A stretch of DNA of 43,579 nt from the NCBI GenBank assembly GCA_045807245.1, contig JBJMHS010000060.1, positions 1-43,579 of the forward strand, in the 5' to 3' direction. Shown here one piece after another: positions 1 to 7,527 of the stretch. The DNA is from Actinomycetales bacterium (GTDB lineage: Bacteria; Actinomycetota; Actinomycetes; Actinomycetales; CAVURS01). The notes beneath the pieces were generated by a model. It ran no database searches. It was not told where the DNA came from and saw nothing but the letters and a program-made list of their open reading frames with translations. Position 1 is the first letter of the stretch. Every line of letters starts with the position of its first letter. The position numbers were made by a program, and so were the translations under genes.

Positions 1-614
1 CCGGTGCGGGGGGTCCTGCCGGCGGTGCTCGCGGCGCAGCGGGCGGGTTTCCGGCGCGTGGTCGTCTGCCCGGCGAACGCCCACGAGGCCGAGCTGGTCG
101 AGGGAGTCGACGTGCTCGCCGTGCGGTCCCTGGCGGAGCTGGTCGGGCGGTACCGCGGAGAGCCGGTGCGGGAGGCGCTGCTGGAGGGGCTGCACGACCT
201 CGACGAGCCCGCGCAGCGGCCGGCCGGGTCCGCGGCCGTCGGGCCAGAGGTCGGGCGGGAGCCGCTCGACCTGGCCGACGTGGCCGGGCAGGAGGAGGCC
301 CGCCGCGCGGTCGAGGTCGCGGCCGCGGGCGGCCATCACCTCTTCATGGTCGGGCCGCCGGGTGCCGGCAAGACGATGCTCGCGTCGCGCCTGCCAGGGC
401 TCCTGCCCGACCTGGAACGCGACGTAGCCGTGGAGGTGACTGCCGTCCACTCGCTGCTCGGCTACCGACCTGCCGAGGGCGGCCTGGTCCGGCGCCCGCC
501 GTACGTCGACCCCCACCACACCGCCTCCGTCGCCTCCATCGTCGGTGGCGGTTCGGGGGTGCCGCGCCCGGGGGCGGTCTCGCTCGCGCACGGGGGCGTG
601 CTGTTCCTCGACGA
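1..614 (+). pseudogene. comM: ComM/YifB Mg-chelatase-like AAA+ ATPase, 5' part (starts before window; interrupted by element)
   Basis: DLADVAGQEEARRAVEVAAAGGHHLFMVGPPGAGKTMLA (Walker A), PHHTAS..IVGGGS..RPGAVSLAHGGVLFLD (Walker B, cut before Glu). Confidence 0.95.
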
Positions 615-632
615 CCCGAGAGATCAACTATG
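595..632. other. Left junction (attL, B-GA-P') of serine-integrase element
   Basis: GGCGTGCTGTTCCTCGAC-GA-CCCGAGAGATCAACTATG; the right arm is an imperfect inverted repeat of the element-side arm at the right junction. Confidence 0.85.
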
Positions 633-720
633 GCACACTGTCCCTAGTCAGCGGGAGGGAGACAGAGAGAGTGCTACGGCTCTCGCGTTGCCGCGGGGTC
701 GAGCGGGCGCTCTCTCGGAA

Positions 721-2304
721 ATGGTGGAGGCTGTGGCGCGAGTGCTGGGTGTGGTTCGCCTGTCGAGAGACCGGGACGACAGCACGTCCGTAATACGCCA
801 ACGTGCGGACATTGAGCGTTGGGCTGCCGCGAACGGGCACGAGGTCATCGGCTGGGCCGAGGACGTGGACGTCTCGGGCTCCGTTCCGCCATGGGAGCGA
901 GTCGGGCTCGGTCAATGGCTCCCCAATCCGCTCCCTGAGCCTGGGAAGGGCAAGCGTCCCGATGGGTTCGATGTGGTGGCTGTCTACCGGCTGGACCGTC
1001 TTACACGCCGCGTGCTGCACCTGGCGCGACTGTTGGAGTGGAGCGAGGCGACGGGCGTCCGCATTGTCTCCACGTCCGAGGGCTTCGATCCGACTACCCC
1101 AATGGGCCGGTTGCTCGTGCAGATTCTCGCCGCGCTCGCGGAAGGCGAGTTGGAGGCGATCCGAGAAAGGGCGCGCTCGTCCTCGACGCACTTGCTCAAG
1201 TCCGGGCGATGGCGAGGCGGCTGGGTGCCCTACGGCTATTCGCCGGTCAAGGCGGAAAGGGGCTGGACGCTGGAGCCCGAGCCGAAGGCGGCCGAGAACT
1301 TGCGCAGCATCGTTGAGCGGGTGATTGCGGGGGAGTCCGTCAACTCGGTGGCTGCGGACCTGAACCGCCGTGGGGTGCCGTCTCCGACGGACGCGCAGCG
1401 GATCGCGCGTGGAAATGCGCCGACCGGCGCCAAGTGGCGGATGGGGAACCTCGCGAAGATGCTCCGCAGTCAGTCGATGCTGGGCCACTCCGAGATGACC
1501 GAGACCATTGACGGCGAGAAGGTGACGCGACTCATCCGGGGGAGCGATGGGCTGCCGCTCCAACGCGCAGAGCCGCTCATCACGCGGGAGCGGTGGGACG
1601 CCCTACAGGCCGCGCTAGACGGCCGTCAGGGCACTCCGGCGATGCGCGCGGCCAGCGAGAAGCGCAGCCCGGCTCCACTCCTGCAAACGGCCTTCTGTGG
1701 CGAGTGTGGGCGCCCGCTGTATCAGCGGCGCGGCCGTGGTGGCCGCCGCTACATGCGCTGCTCGTCCTCCACCATCGGGGGGGTGGGCTGTGAGGCCCCC
1801 AGCATCGCGGCCGAACAACTTGAGCAAGAGGTCTTTGAGGCGTTCCTTGCCCTGGCTGGCCGTGCCGAGGTCATGCGTCGCGTGTTGATCCCTGGCGAGT
1901 CACACACTGCCGAGTTGGCTGACGTTGAGCGGGCTCTGACGGAGATGCGCGAGGACCGGGCAGCGGGGCTGTGGAGCGGCCCAAAGGGCGCCGACGAATA
2001 CCGGACGATGGCCGGAGCCCTTGAAGCCCGCCGACAGGCGCTCAGCACCCTCCCAGCCCGGCCGGACGAGTACCGCGACGAGCCGACCGGCGAGAACTAC
2101 GCGGAGCGTTTCAACGCTCTCTCAACCGACGTCGAGCGCGGGCAGGAACTGCGCAGGGCTGGCGTCCGCGTGCTGTTGTTCGCGGAGCCGCAGCGGACTC
2201 CGAGCCTTCTACCTGGCGCGAAACCGCATGAGGGGTCTCGCGTCAGCATTGAGTTGCCGAACGACTTGGCAGCCCGCATCGACGCCATGACGCGCCGGGG
2301 CTAG
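721..2304 (+). CDS. Large serine recombinase (Bxb1-like integrase); start ATG721 or GTG733
   Basis: Catalytic VRLSR motif, EDVDVSG, YRLDRLTR, AEGELEAIRER, recombinase domain, Zn ribbon FCGECG..YMRC..C, coiled coil; colinear with Bxb1 Int motifs as I recall them. Confidence 0.95.
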   Translation: MVEAVARVLGVVRLSRDRDDSTSVIRQRADIERWAAANGHEVIGWAEDVDVSGSVPPWERVGLGQWLPNPLPEPGKGKRPDGFDVVAVYRLDRLTRRVLHLARLLEWSEATGVRIVSTSEGFDPTTPMGRLLVQILAALAEGELEAIRERARSSSTHLLKSGRWRGGWVPYGYSPVKAERGWTLEPEPKAAENLRSIVERVIAGESVNSVAADLNRRGVPSPTDAQRIARGNAPTGAKWRMGNLAKMLRSQSMLGHSEMTETIDGEKVTRLIRGSDGLPLQRAEPLITRERWDALQAALDGRQGTPAMRAASEKRSPAPLLQTAFCGECGRPLYQRRGRGGRRYMRCSSSTIGGVGCEAPSIAAEQLEQEVFEAFLALAGRAEVMRRVLIPGESHTAELADVERALTEMREDRAAGLWSGPKGADEYRTMAGALEARRQALSTLPARPDEYRDEPTGENYAERFNALSTDVERGQELRRAGVRVLLFAEPQRTPSLLPGAKPHEGSRVSIELPNDLAARIDAMTRRG

Positions 2305-2306
2305 TT

Positions 2307-2330
2307 GCCCCTTGCGCGGGGCTCTTGTGT
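2307..2330 (+). terminator. Possible intrinsic terminator after integrase
   Basis: GCCCC-TTGCGC-GGGGC followed by TCTTGTGT. Confidence 0.4.
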
Positions 2331-2594
2331 CGTAGGCGCGCCTTAGAATCGGCTCAGGCGCTCCACGTGGACGTGCACACCGAGTACTCCACGCTGGACG
2401 CCCGCAATACCTGGGCAAGAGTCGCGCACCACGGGTAAGCCGCGACCGCCCAAGTGAGACTTGGGCTCACGACGGCCAGCCTCCGGCCGATGGACGAGGC
2501 CAAGGGCTCCCATGGAGCCCGTTTCAACGTTCCGACCTTTGACCTTGTGAGGCACTGCCCGCATGCCCGAAAACCTGACGCCGCTGTGAGCGGC

Positions 2595-2978
2595 ATGGAT
2601 ACCTCGCGCCGAGCGCGATTCTTTGACTACTTGGCCGCGCTGGCGCGGCTCGACTACCCGACCGAACGGGCGGCCGACCTGGCGACCGCACGAGCCGCTA
2701 CACCTGCCAAGTGGCATGAGTTCATCCGGTTCTGCGTCTACGTCGTGGCCCAGCACGGCACCTATGGGACGCGCATCTATCCGAGCCAGATGACGCTGGC
2801 TGAGGGTTACGGCGCTGACCGCCGAACGGTCGGACGATGGCTCACCTTGGCCGAGTCGCTGGGCATCCTCCGACGAGTTGCTGACCCGTCGCCAGTGCGG
2901 GGCACCGAGTACGAGATTGGCGACCTGGGCCGGGCCACGACGGCCATCGTTTCGCCGTTCGATGAGCCACCGTGGTAG
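2595..2978 (+). CDS. Helix-turn-helix protein, replication-initiator-like (start uncertain; ORF open from 2454)
   Basis: IYPSQMTLAEGYGADRRTVGRWLTLAESLGILRR matches the wHTH pattern of phage/plasmid Rep N-termini; ends FDEPPW. Confidence 0.65.
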   Translation: MDTSRRARFFDYLAALARLDYPTERAADLATARAATPAKWHEFIRFCVYVVAQHGTYGTRIYPSQMTLAEGYGADRRTVGRWLTLAESLGILRRVADPSPVRGTEYEIGDLGRATTAIVSPFDEPPW

Positions 2979-2984
2979 CCCGAT

Positions 2985-3245
2985 AGGCACTACCTGCGCC
3001 AGTGCCGTGCTCAGCCGTGCACACAATCTAGGACCTAGGAACTGGCATCTACGAAGTAGATGCTTAGTTATCTAGCAACTGCGCTGGCGCGCTTGTCCGC
3101 GTGACAGCAAGAGCAATAGCCCGGCCTACGGCCAGGCAAAGGGCAAGCCGTTTCAACGGCCCTGATGGGCCGGACTGATCCTCGCAGGCAAGCCACCGCT
3201 TCGCGGTGGCGGTATTGCTTGCAGCCGCTAGAGCGGCTGCCTACT
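2985..3245. other. Hairpin-rich, partly AT-rich candidate replication origin
   Basis: GCATCTAC-GAA-GTAGATGC (3045-3063), GCCGTT-TC-AACGGC (3147-3160), GCCACCGC-TTC-GCGGTGGC (3192-3210), GCAGCCGC-TAGA-GCGGCTGC (3221-3240); directly downstream of the Rep-like gene. Confidence 0.4.
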
Positions 3246-3282
3246 GCCCTGCTGTCGGTCCCAGGCACTACGGTCCCGGCAC

Positions 3283-3786
3283 ATGACGCCTTGGTGGGTT
3301 TGGTTGATCGTTCCCTTTGGGCTGGCTGCGCTCGCATGGATGTTGTATGGGGCCGTCTGTGCTCTGGTGGTGCTGCACCAAGCCGAGCCAGTCACCCCTC
3401 TCGCGGAACGCCACAGGTTGGGCCAAGTAGTGAGCCGGATCGGAAGATGGTTCAAGGGCGCCACCACCTTCGTACTTGGGGCCTTGTTCGGCGTGCTGCT
3501 CACGCCGCTGTCTTCGGCGCGAACAACGTCGGAACTACGCGATGCCACGCACGGTGTCCTCATGCTCTGCGCCGCAACAGTCCTTGGCGTCGCGTGCATT
3601 GCGGGCGCGTACGTTGCCTTTGCTTCGGTCCGTGCGGCCCGACGACTGTCACCCGAGCAGTTCCGGGGCCGGTTCCGGTTCATGGATAGTCCGGGAGACT
3701 TGGGCTTCTGCGTGCTCATGACGTCGCTGGCCGTGGTCGCGGCATTGACCGTGGTCAGCCTGACCGTCTCTTACGCAACCGCGTAG
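3283..3786 (+). CDS. Hypothetical integral membrane protein (about 4 TM segments)
   Basis: 167-aa ORF with four long hydrophobic stretches. Confidence 0.65.
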   Translation: MTPWWVWLIVPFGLAALAWMLYGAVCALVVLHQAEPVTPLAERHRLGQVVSRIGRWFKGATTFVLGALFGVLLTPLSSARTTSELRDATHGVLMLCAATVLGVACIAGAYVAFASVRAARRLSPEQFRGRFRFMDSPGDLGFCVLMTSLAVVAALTVVSLTVSYATA

Positions 3787-3941
3787 GGATACCCCCTCTG
3801 AAAGTTTGAGCCATCGGCTCCCAGGACTCATGGCCTACGGCGCGTGTGAACGGCCGCGATATTCGAGGGTTCATGGGTTATCGGAATGACTGTGCCGCGA
3901 ATCGAATGAATCCGACTCGGAAAGACGTGTAAACACAGCGA

Positions 3942-4192
3942 TCTCAGCATGTGAGAAGTTCTGAGGGGCCTGGTACGGATCGCCACACAGGACAGGTCAA
4001 TACAAGTGAGGGGTAAGAGCGGCCATCTCAGGACTTGAGAACCTGCGGGGCAGGGTGTCACGGCAGGGCCTCGGTGACACCTCAATACAAGTGAGCCTTC
4101 CGGCTGCGGCCTCTAGTCGCTGTCTCAGCATGCGGGAAGTTACGACAGTCCGGGACGCGGATTGGCCGTTGTAGCCCCTTACTACAAGTGAG
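3942..4192. repeat. Three-unit bipartite repeat array (motif A + 36-37 nt variable + motif B)
   Basis: A = TCTCAGcaTGtGAGAAgtT at 3942, 4026, 4123; B = TcAaTACAAGTGAG at 3997, 4082, 4179; A-to-B offsets 55/56/56. Confidence 0.8.
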
Positions 4193-4196
4193 GGCA

Positions 4197-4433
4197 CTAC
4201 TCGTCACCGCCATGGGGCCGACCTTCATCCGAAACGGCGGCGCGGCAGTCCTCGCACTCGTCCGGGGCTCCGAACGGGTTGTCAGCGATCATCACCACGG
4301 GCAGGCCGCAGGCGGTCGTCCCATCGTCGGGCTGCGCCGCGTGCGTCACACCCATGAGGGCCTCGTGTCCGATGACCTGACCCCCGGCATCCACTGTGGT
4401 CAATCCCGTCCACGCATTCCTGTAGTCCGCCAT
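4197..4433 (-). CDS. Small putative Zn-binding protein (78 aa)
   Basis: THAA..TACG..ECEDC His/Cys ligand pattern. Confidence 0.55.
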   Translation of the reverse strand: MADYRNAWTGLTTVDAGGQVIGHEALMGVTHAAQPDDGTTACGLPVVMIADNPFGAPDECEDCRAAVSDEGRPHGGDE

Positions 4434-4484
4434 GCGGCCAACGTAGGGCACCCGCCCACCAATCTTGAACACGAAAGGTTCCCC

Positions 4485-4712
4485 ATGGCAGTCATCTTCG
4501 TCTACGCCTGCCGCGTGTGCGGCGGCCGCATGGAGCGCCCCGCAGGCACGCCCGGCCGCCCGCCGACCATGTGCTCACGCACGTGCCGCAACGCGGCCGA
4601 CCGCCAGTACCGGCACGAGCGGACAGCCGCGCGCCTGGCCGCGAGCGCAGTCAAGGTGAGGGCCGAGGCAGCCCGCCGTTACGGCCACGTGCTGGCGCAG
4701 GTGCAGGCATGA
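4485..4712 (+). CDS. Small Zn-finger protein (75 aa)
   Basis: RBS GAAAGG at 4473-4478; CRVCG..GRPPTMCSRTCR. Confidence 0.7.
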   Translation: MAVIFVYACRVCGGRMERPAGTPGRPPTMCSRTCRNAADRQYRHERTAARLAASAVKVRAEAARRYGHVLAQVQA

Positions 4713-4960
4713 CCACACTCGCTGCGGTTGCCGATCTGCGCCGCCATCTCGCGGCCTGCGATGGCGAGCAGTTGGCAATCTTGAAGCGGCTTAGCCACTC
4801 GGTTCGCGAGAGTCGCTCTGGGCCGTCTGCTGACCCGGTGGACCGTGCGATTGCCGCCACGTGGGCGCTCTTGCTGGGCGAGGTTGCGGACGCTGAGACG
4901 TCCGCCGATTTGACTGCCAAGCAGGCCCGGTCGCTGATGCGCCGGGCTGGCTTGGACTGA
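4709..4960 (+). CDS. Hypothetical helical protein (83 aa)
   Basis: ATGA overlap with upstream gene (translational coupling). Confidence 0.6.
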   Translation: MTTLAAVADLRRHLAACDGEQLAILKRLSHSVRESRSGPSADPVDRAIAATWALLLGEVADAETSADLTAKQARSLMRRAGLD

Positions 4961-4984
4961 AAGACCTGGGCCGTTCCCTTTCAA

Positions 4985-5445
4985 ATGCCTTGAGGGCGGC
5001 TCAAGGAACGCACGGGCCTATCACCGTGCGCATGGTTGACCTAGTGCTTGTGGCTACCCACTGGTCAACCTGACGTCCCCTGGCTCCCGTTCGACCAACC
5101 ACTCCCACGGTTGAGCCGGGGGACGTCTTCAAACTTCCCGGCCCTTTGAGGCTGGGCGCCTGACCGTTGTTGTCAGGCAAAAGATCGGCAGACTGTTCCA
5201 CTCTTGCCGTCCAGGCCGGGCCTACCCCTCGCGGGTAACGGACACCACCTGGGAACCACGAACGACCTTGCACCCGGCTTCGCCAGTCGGGCCGCAGCCG
5301 TGCGCGGACGAGGGACACCGGACACCTTTGCGCGGCGCGGCGGCTCTAGCCGCTAGCCACAGCACTTGAGCCCCCGACGTCATGGCGACGGATCGGAGCC
5401 GCTGCCGCGTGGTCTGTGTCCGGGTTCATTCCGAACGGAAGAACA
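4985..5445 (+). ncRNA. Candidate large structured RNA / structured leader upstream of capsid gene
   Basis: About ten consecutive stem-loops, including a 15-bp stem (5072-5086/5113-5127) and nested stems (5318-5325/5416-5423; 5337-5346/5396-5405). In four stems the non-WC pair is G-U on the + strand. No credible ORF. Confidence 0.55.
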
Positions 5446-5453
5446 ACTCAACA

Positions 5454-6659
5454 GTGGACTACAAGAGCAAGGCTGCCGAGGCGCTTGAGAAGCGCGCTCG
5501 GCTTGTGCACGAAATGCAGGGGGTCGCGGCGGACAAGACGCTGACCGACGCTCAGAAGCAGGAACGATGCGACCGGCTTGGCGCCGATGTCACGGCCCTT
5601 GAGGCCGAAGCGCGTTCGTACGTCGAGCAGGCCGAGCGTGAGGCGGAAGTTCGCAACTTCCGAGGCACGCCACTTGGCCGCGCGCTTGGTGGCGCTACTG
5701 AGGCGCGTGCGCAGCACGCGGATGGTGAGTGGCTGGCCGGTGAGGTCCGCACAATCACCGAGGGCGCCGGGCTGGGGCAGGCGCTCACGCCGGGTCACAA
5801 CGACTCCGGCGTTTCATGGTTCGACAGGCTCAGTCCCAAGAGCGTGTTGCTTGAGTCGGGCGTCACGGTCATCCGGACCGAGCAGTCTTCGGTTCCGATC
5901 CCGCGCCTGACGGGCGATCCCGCTACTGCGTGGGTTGCCGAGGGCGGGACTATCCCGAGCGCCGATGAGTCTGGCGACACCGTGACGGCTACGCCGCGCA
6001 AGATCGCAGTCCTCACGGACATCACGAACGAGGCCATCGCGGACTCTGACCCGCGCATCCTCGATGTCCACGCGAAGGCCATCCTTCGCTCGGCCGCGCT
6101 GCGGTTCGACCTGGGCGCTTACGAGGGCTCCGGCGTTGCGCCGGAGATTCGTGGTCTCAAGAACGTGGCTGGCATCCAGACGCTGAGCATGGGCACCAAC
6201 GGTGCGCAGTTCGCCAACCTGGACCCGATTGCCGACGCGCTCGGCATGCTGGCCGATGCCAACGGGGACGCGGACAACGCCGTGATCGTCATGCATTCCA
6301 AGGTGTGGCGGGCGCTCTCGAAGTTGAAGGAAGACGGCACGTCGAACAAGCCGCTGCTCAGTGAGTCGGCGGCTTCGCCCGGCGGCAAGATCGAGCGTCA
6401 CCTGTTCGGTGCTCCGGTGTTCCTGACGACTCAGTTGAGCCTGACGGACACGCAGGGCACGAGCAACCTCGCATCGAGCGTGTACGTGTACGACCCGGCG
6501 CAGATTTATGCCGTGGTGCGTCAGGACGCGAAGGTGTTCCTTGACCCGTACTCGCAGAGCGCGTCGGACAAGACGCGGGTGCGTCTGACGTTGCGTGGTG
6601 ACGTTGTGGCCGCTAACCCGGCTGCTGTCGTGCGTGTCGCAGGTGTGCTGACCGCCTGA
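5454..6659 (+). CDS. Phage major capsid protein, HK97 fold, with N-terminal coiled-coil (delta/scaffold-like) domain
   Basis: AWVAEGGTIP..TATPRKIAVLTDITNEAIADS..AALRFDLGAYEGSG..IRGL; helical N-terminus (KRARLVHEMQ..LEAEARSYVEQAEREAE); GTG5454 start preferred over ATG5382. Confidence 0.92.
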   Translation: MDYKSKAAEALEKRARLVHEMQGVAADKTLTDAQKQERCDRLGADVTALEAEARSYVEQAEREAEVRNFRGTPLGRALGGATEARAQHADGEWLAGEVRTITEGAGLGQALTPGHNDSGVSWFDRLSPKSVLLESGVTVIRTEQSSVPIPRLTGDPATAWVAEGGTIPSADESGDTVTATPRKIAVLTDITNEAIADSDPRILDVHAKAILRSAALRFDLGAYEGSGVAPEIRGLKNVAGIQTLSMGTNGAQFANLDPIADALGMLADANGDADNAVIVMHSKVWRALSKLKEDGTSNKPLLSESAASPGGKIERHLFGAPVFLTTQLSLTDTQGTSNLASSVYVYDPAQIYAVVRQDAKVFLDPYSQSASDKTRVRLTLRGDVVAANPAAVVRVAGVLTA

Positions 6660-6676
6660 GCCTGACGGCTCACAAG

Positions 6677-6720
6677 CAAGGGGATTGCCCCGGCTCTACA
6701 TGGGCCGGGGCATCTCTTTG
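6677..6720 (+). terminator. Intrinsic terminator after capsid gene
   Basis: TGCCCCGGCTC-TACAT-GGGCCGGGGCA (6686-6712) followed by TCTCTTTG. Confidence 0.65.
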
Positions 6721-6753
6721 TCCCCATCCAGTTCAAAGACAGGAGCTCTACCG

Positions 6754-7428
6754 TTGCACCCCGATTCGATCCGCCTGGACGGCGTACGCGCCGCCGAGGC
6801 GCTTGAGCGCATCCACGCGCTCTCCACGCCAGACAGCGACCACCGCCGCTGGCACGGCGCCACGTCCAGCGCAGGCGCGCCTCTCATCCGTCACGGTGGC
6901 CGGATCATCGACGCGCGCCGCCTGATGCTCGCAGCCATGAATCCCGGCCAGGTCGTCCGCGCCACGGGCGGTCGCGTCGTTGTCGCTTGCGGCGACCCGG
7001 CCTGCATCTCGCCGCGATGCGTCCGGCTTCCCGCCGACACGACTGAGCCTGTGGGCTCGGACGCGTTGGCGTTGCTGAGGCACCTGCGGCGCTACTACTC
7101 CGACCGGCATCTAGCCACGGAGATGGACGCGGTGTGGGATTCAACGTCCGACCCGCGCGCGGAATCGGTCGTCCGGGAGTACGTCGCTGCCCGCAAGGCA
7201 GCGCCGGGGTTTGACGCCCGGTCATGGTCAGCCAACTCGCACAACCGCATCCCGGCCGAGACGTGGCAGCGGATCAAAGCCACTGCCACCGCTCCGGCCG
7301 ACACGACGGCGACGTGTGAACGCTGCGGCGCTCAGTTCACCGCGCGCCGCTCAACGGCGCGGTTCTGCGGCTCCACCTGCCGCAGTGCTGCGGCTCGCGC
7401 CGCGCGAGCCCTCCCGAGGGCTTCTTAG
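6754..7428 (+). CDS. Degenerate HNH/His-Me-finger-like protein with C-terminal Zn finger
   Basis: RBS AGGAG then TTG6754; RRWHGA..GAP..DARRL..VACGDPACISPRCV; C-terminal CERCG..ARFCGSTCR. Confidence 0.6.
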   Translation: MHPDSIRLDGVRAAEALERIHALSTPDSDHRRWHGATSSAGAPLIRHGGRIIDARRLMLAAMNPGQVVRATGGRVVVACGDPACISPRCVRLPADTTEPVGSDALALLRHLRRYYSDRHLATEMDAVWDSTSDPRAESVVREYVAARKAAPGFDARSWSANSHNRIPAETWQRIKATATAPADTTATCERCGAQFTARRSTARFCGSTCRSAAARAARALPRAS

Positions 7429-7527
7429 CGTCGCATCGACGCACGCGGCCAGTTCCCAGAAACCTAGGGGTGACCCGATCACCCCAACCCACCCCAGCCG
7501 GCGACCCTTAGCGTCGCCAAGAGAGGC

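Noticed and set aside
4..2304. A native 766-aa Mg-chelatase-recombinase protein family
   Set aside because: It is the product of integration; the rest of comM resumes at 10314.
3942..4192. CRISPR array
   Set aside because: Two alternating degenerate motifs with variable linkers, only three units, and no cas genes in the window; kept as an unclassified array.
4985..5445. Group I/II intron, tRNA or tmRNA
   Set aside because: I could not find group I P7 elements, group II domain V/GUGCG ends or a tRNA T-loop; needs cmscan to exclude formally.
5382..5453. Capsid start at ATG5382
   Set aside because: No RBS, the extension lies inside the stem-loop region, and its sequence is not capsid-like; GTG5454 preferred.
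5454..6659. Encapsulin nanocompartment
   Set aside because: Has phage-type WVAEG/KIAV motifs and a long delta-like N-terminus, lies in an integrase element, and has no cargo enzyme nearby.
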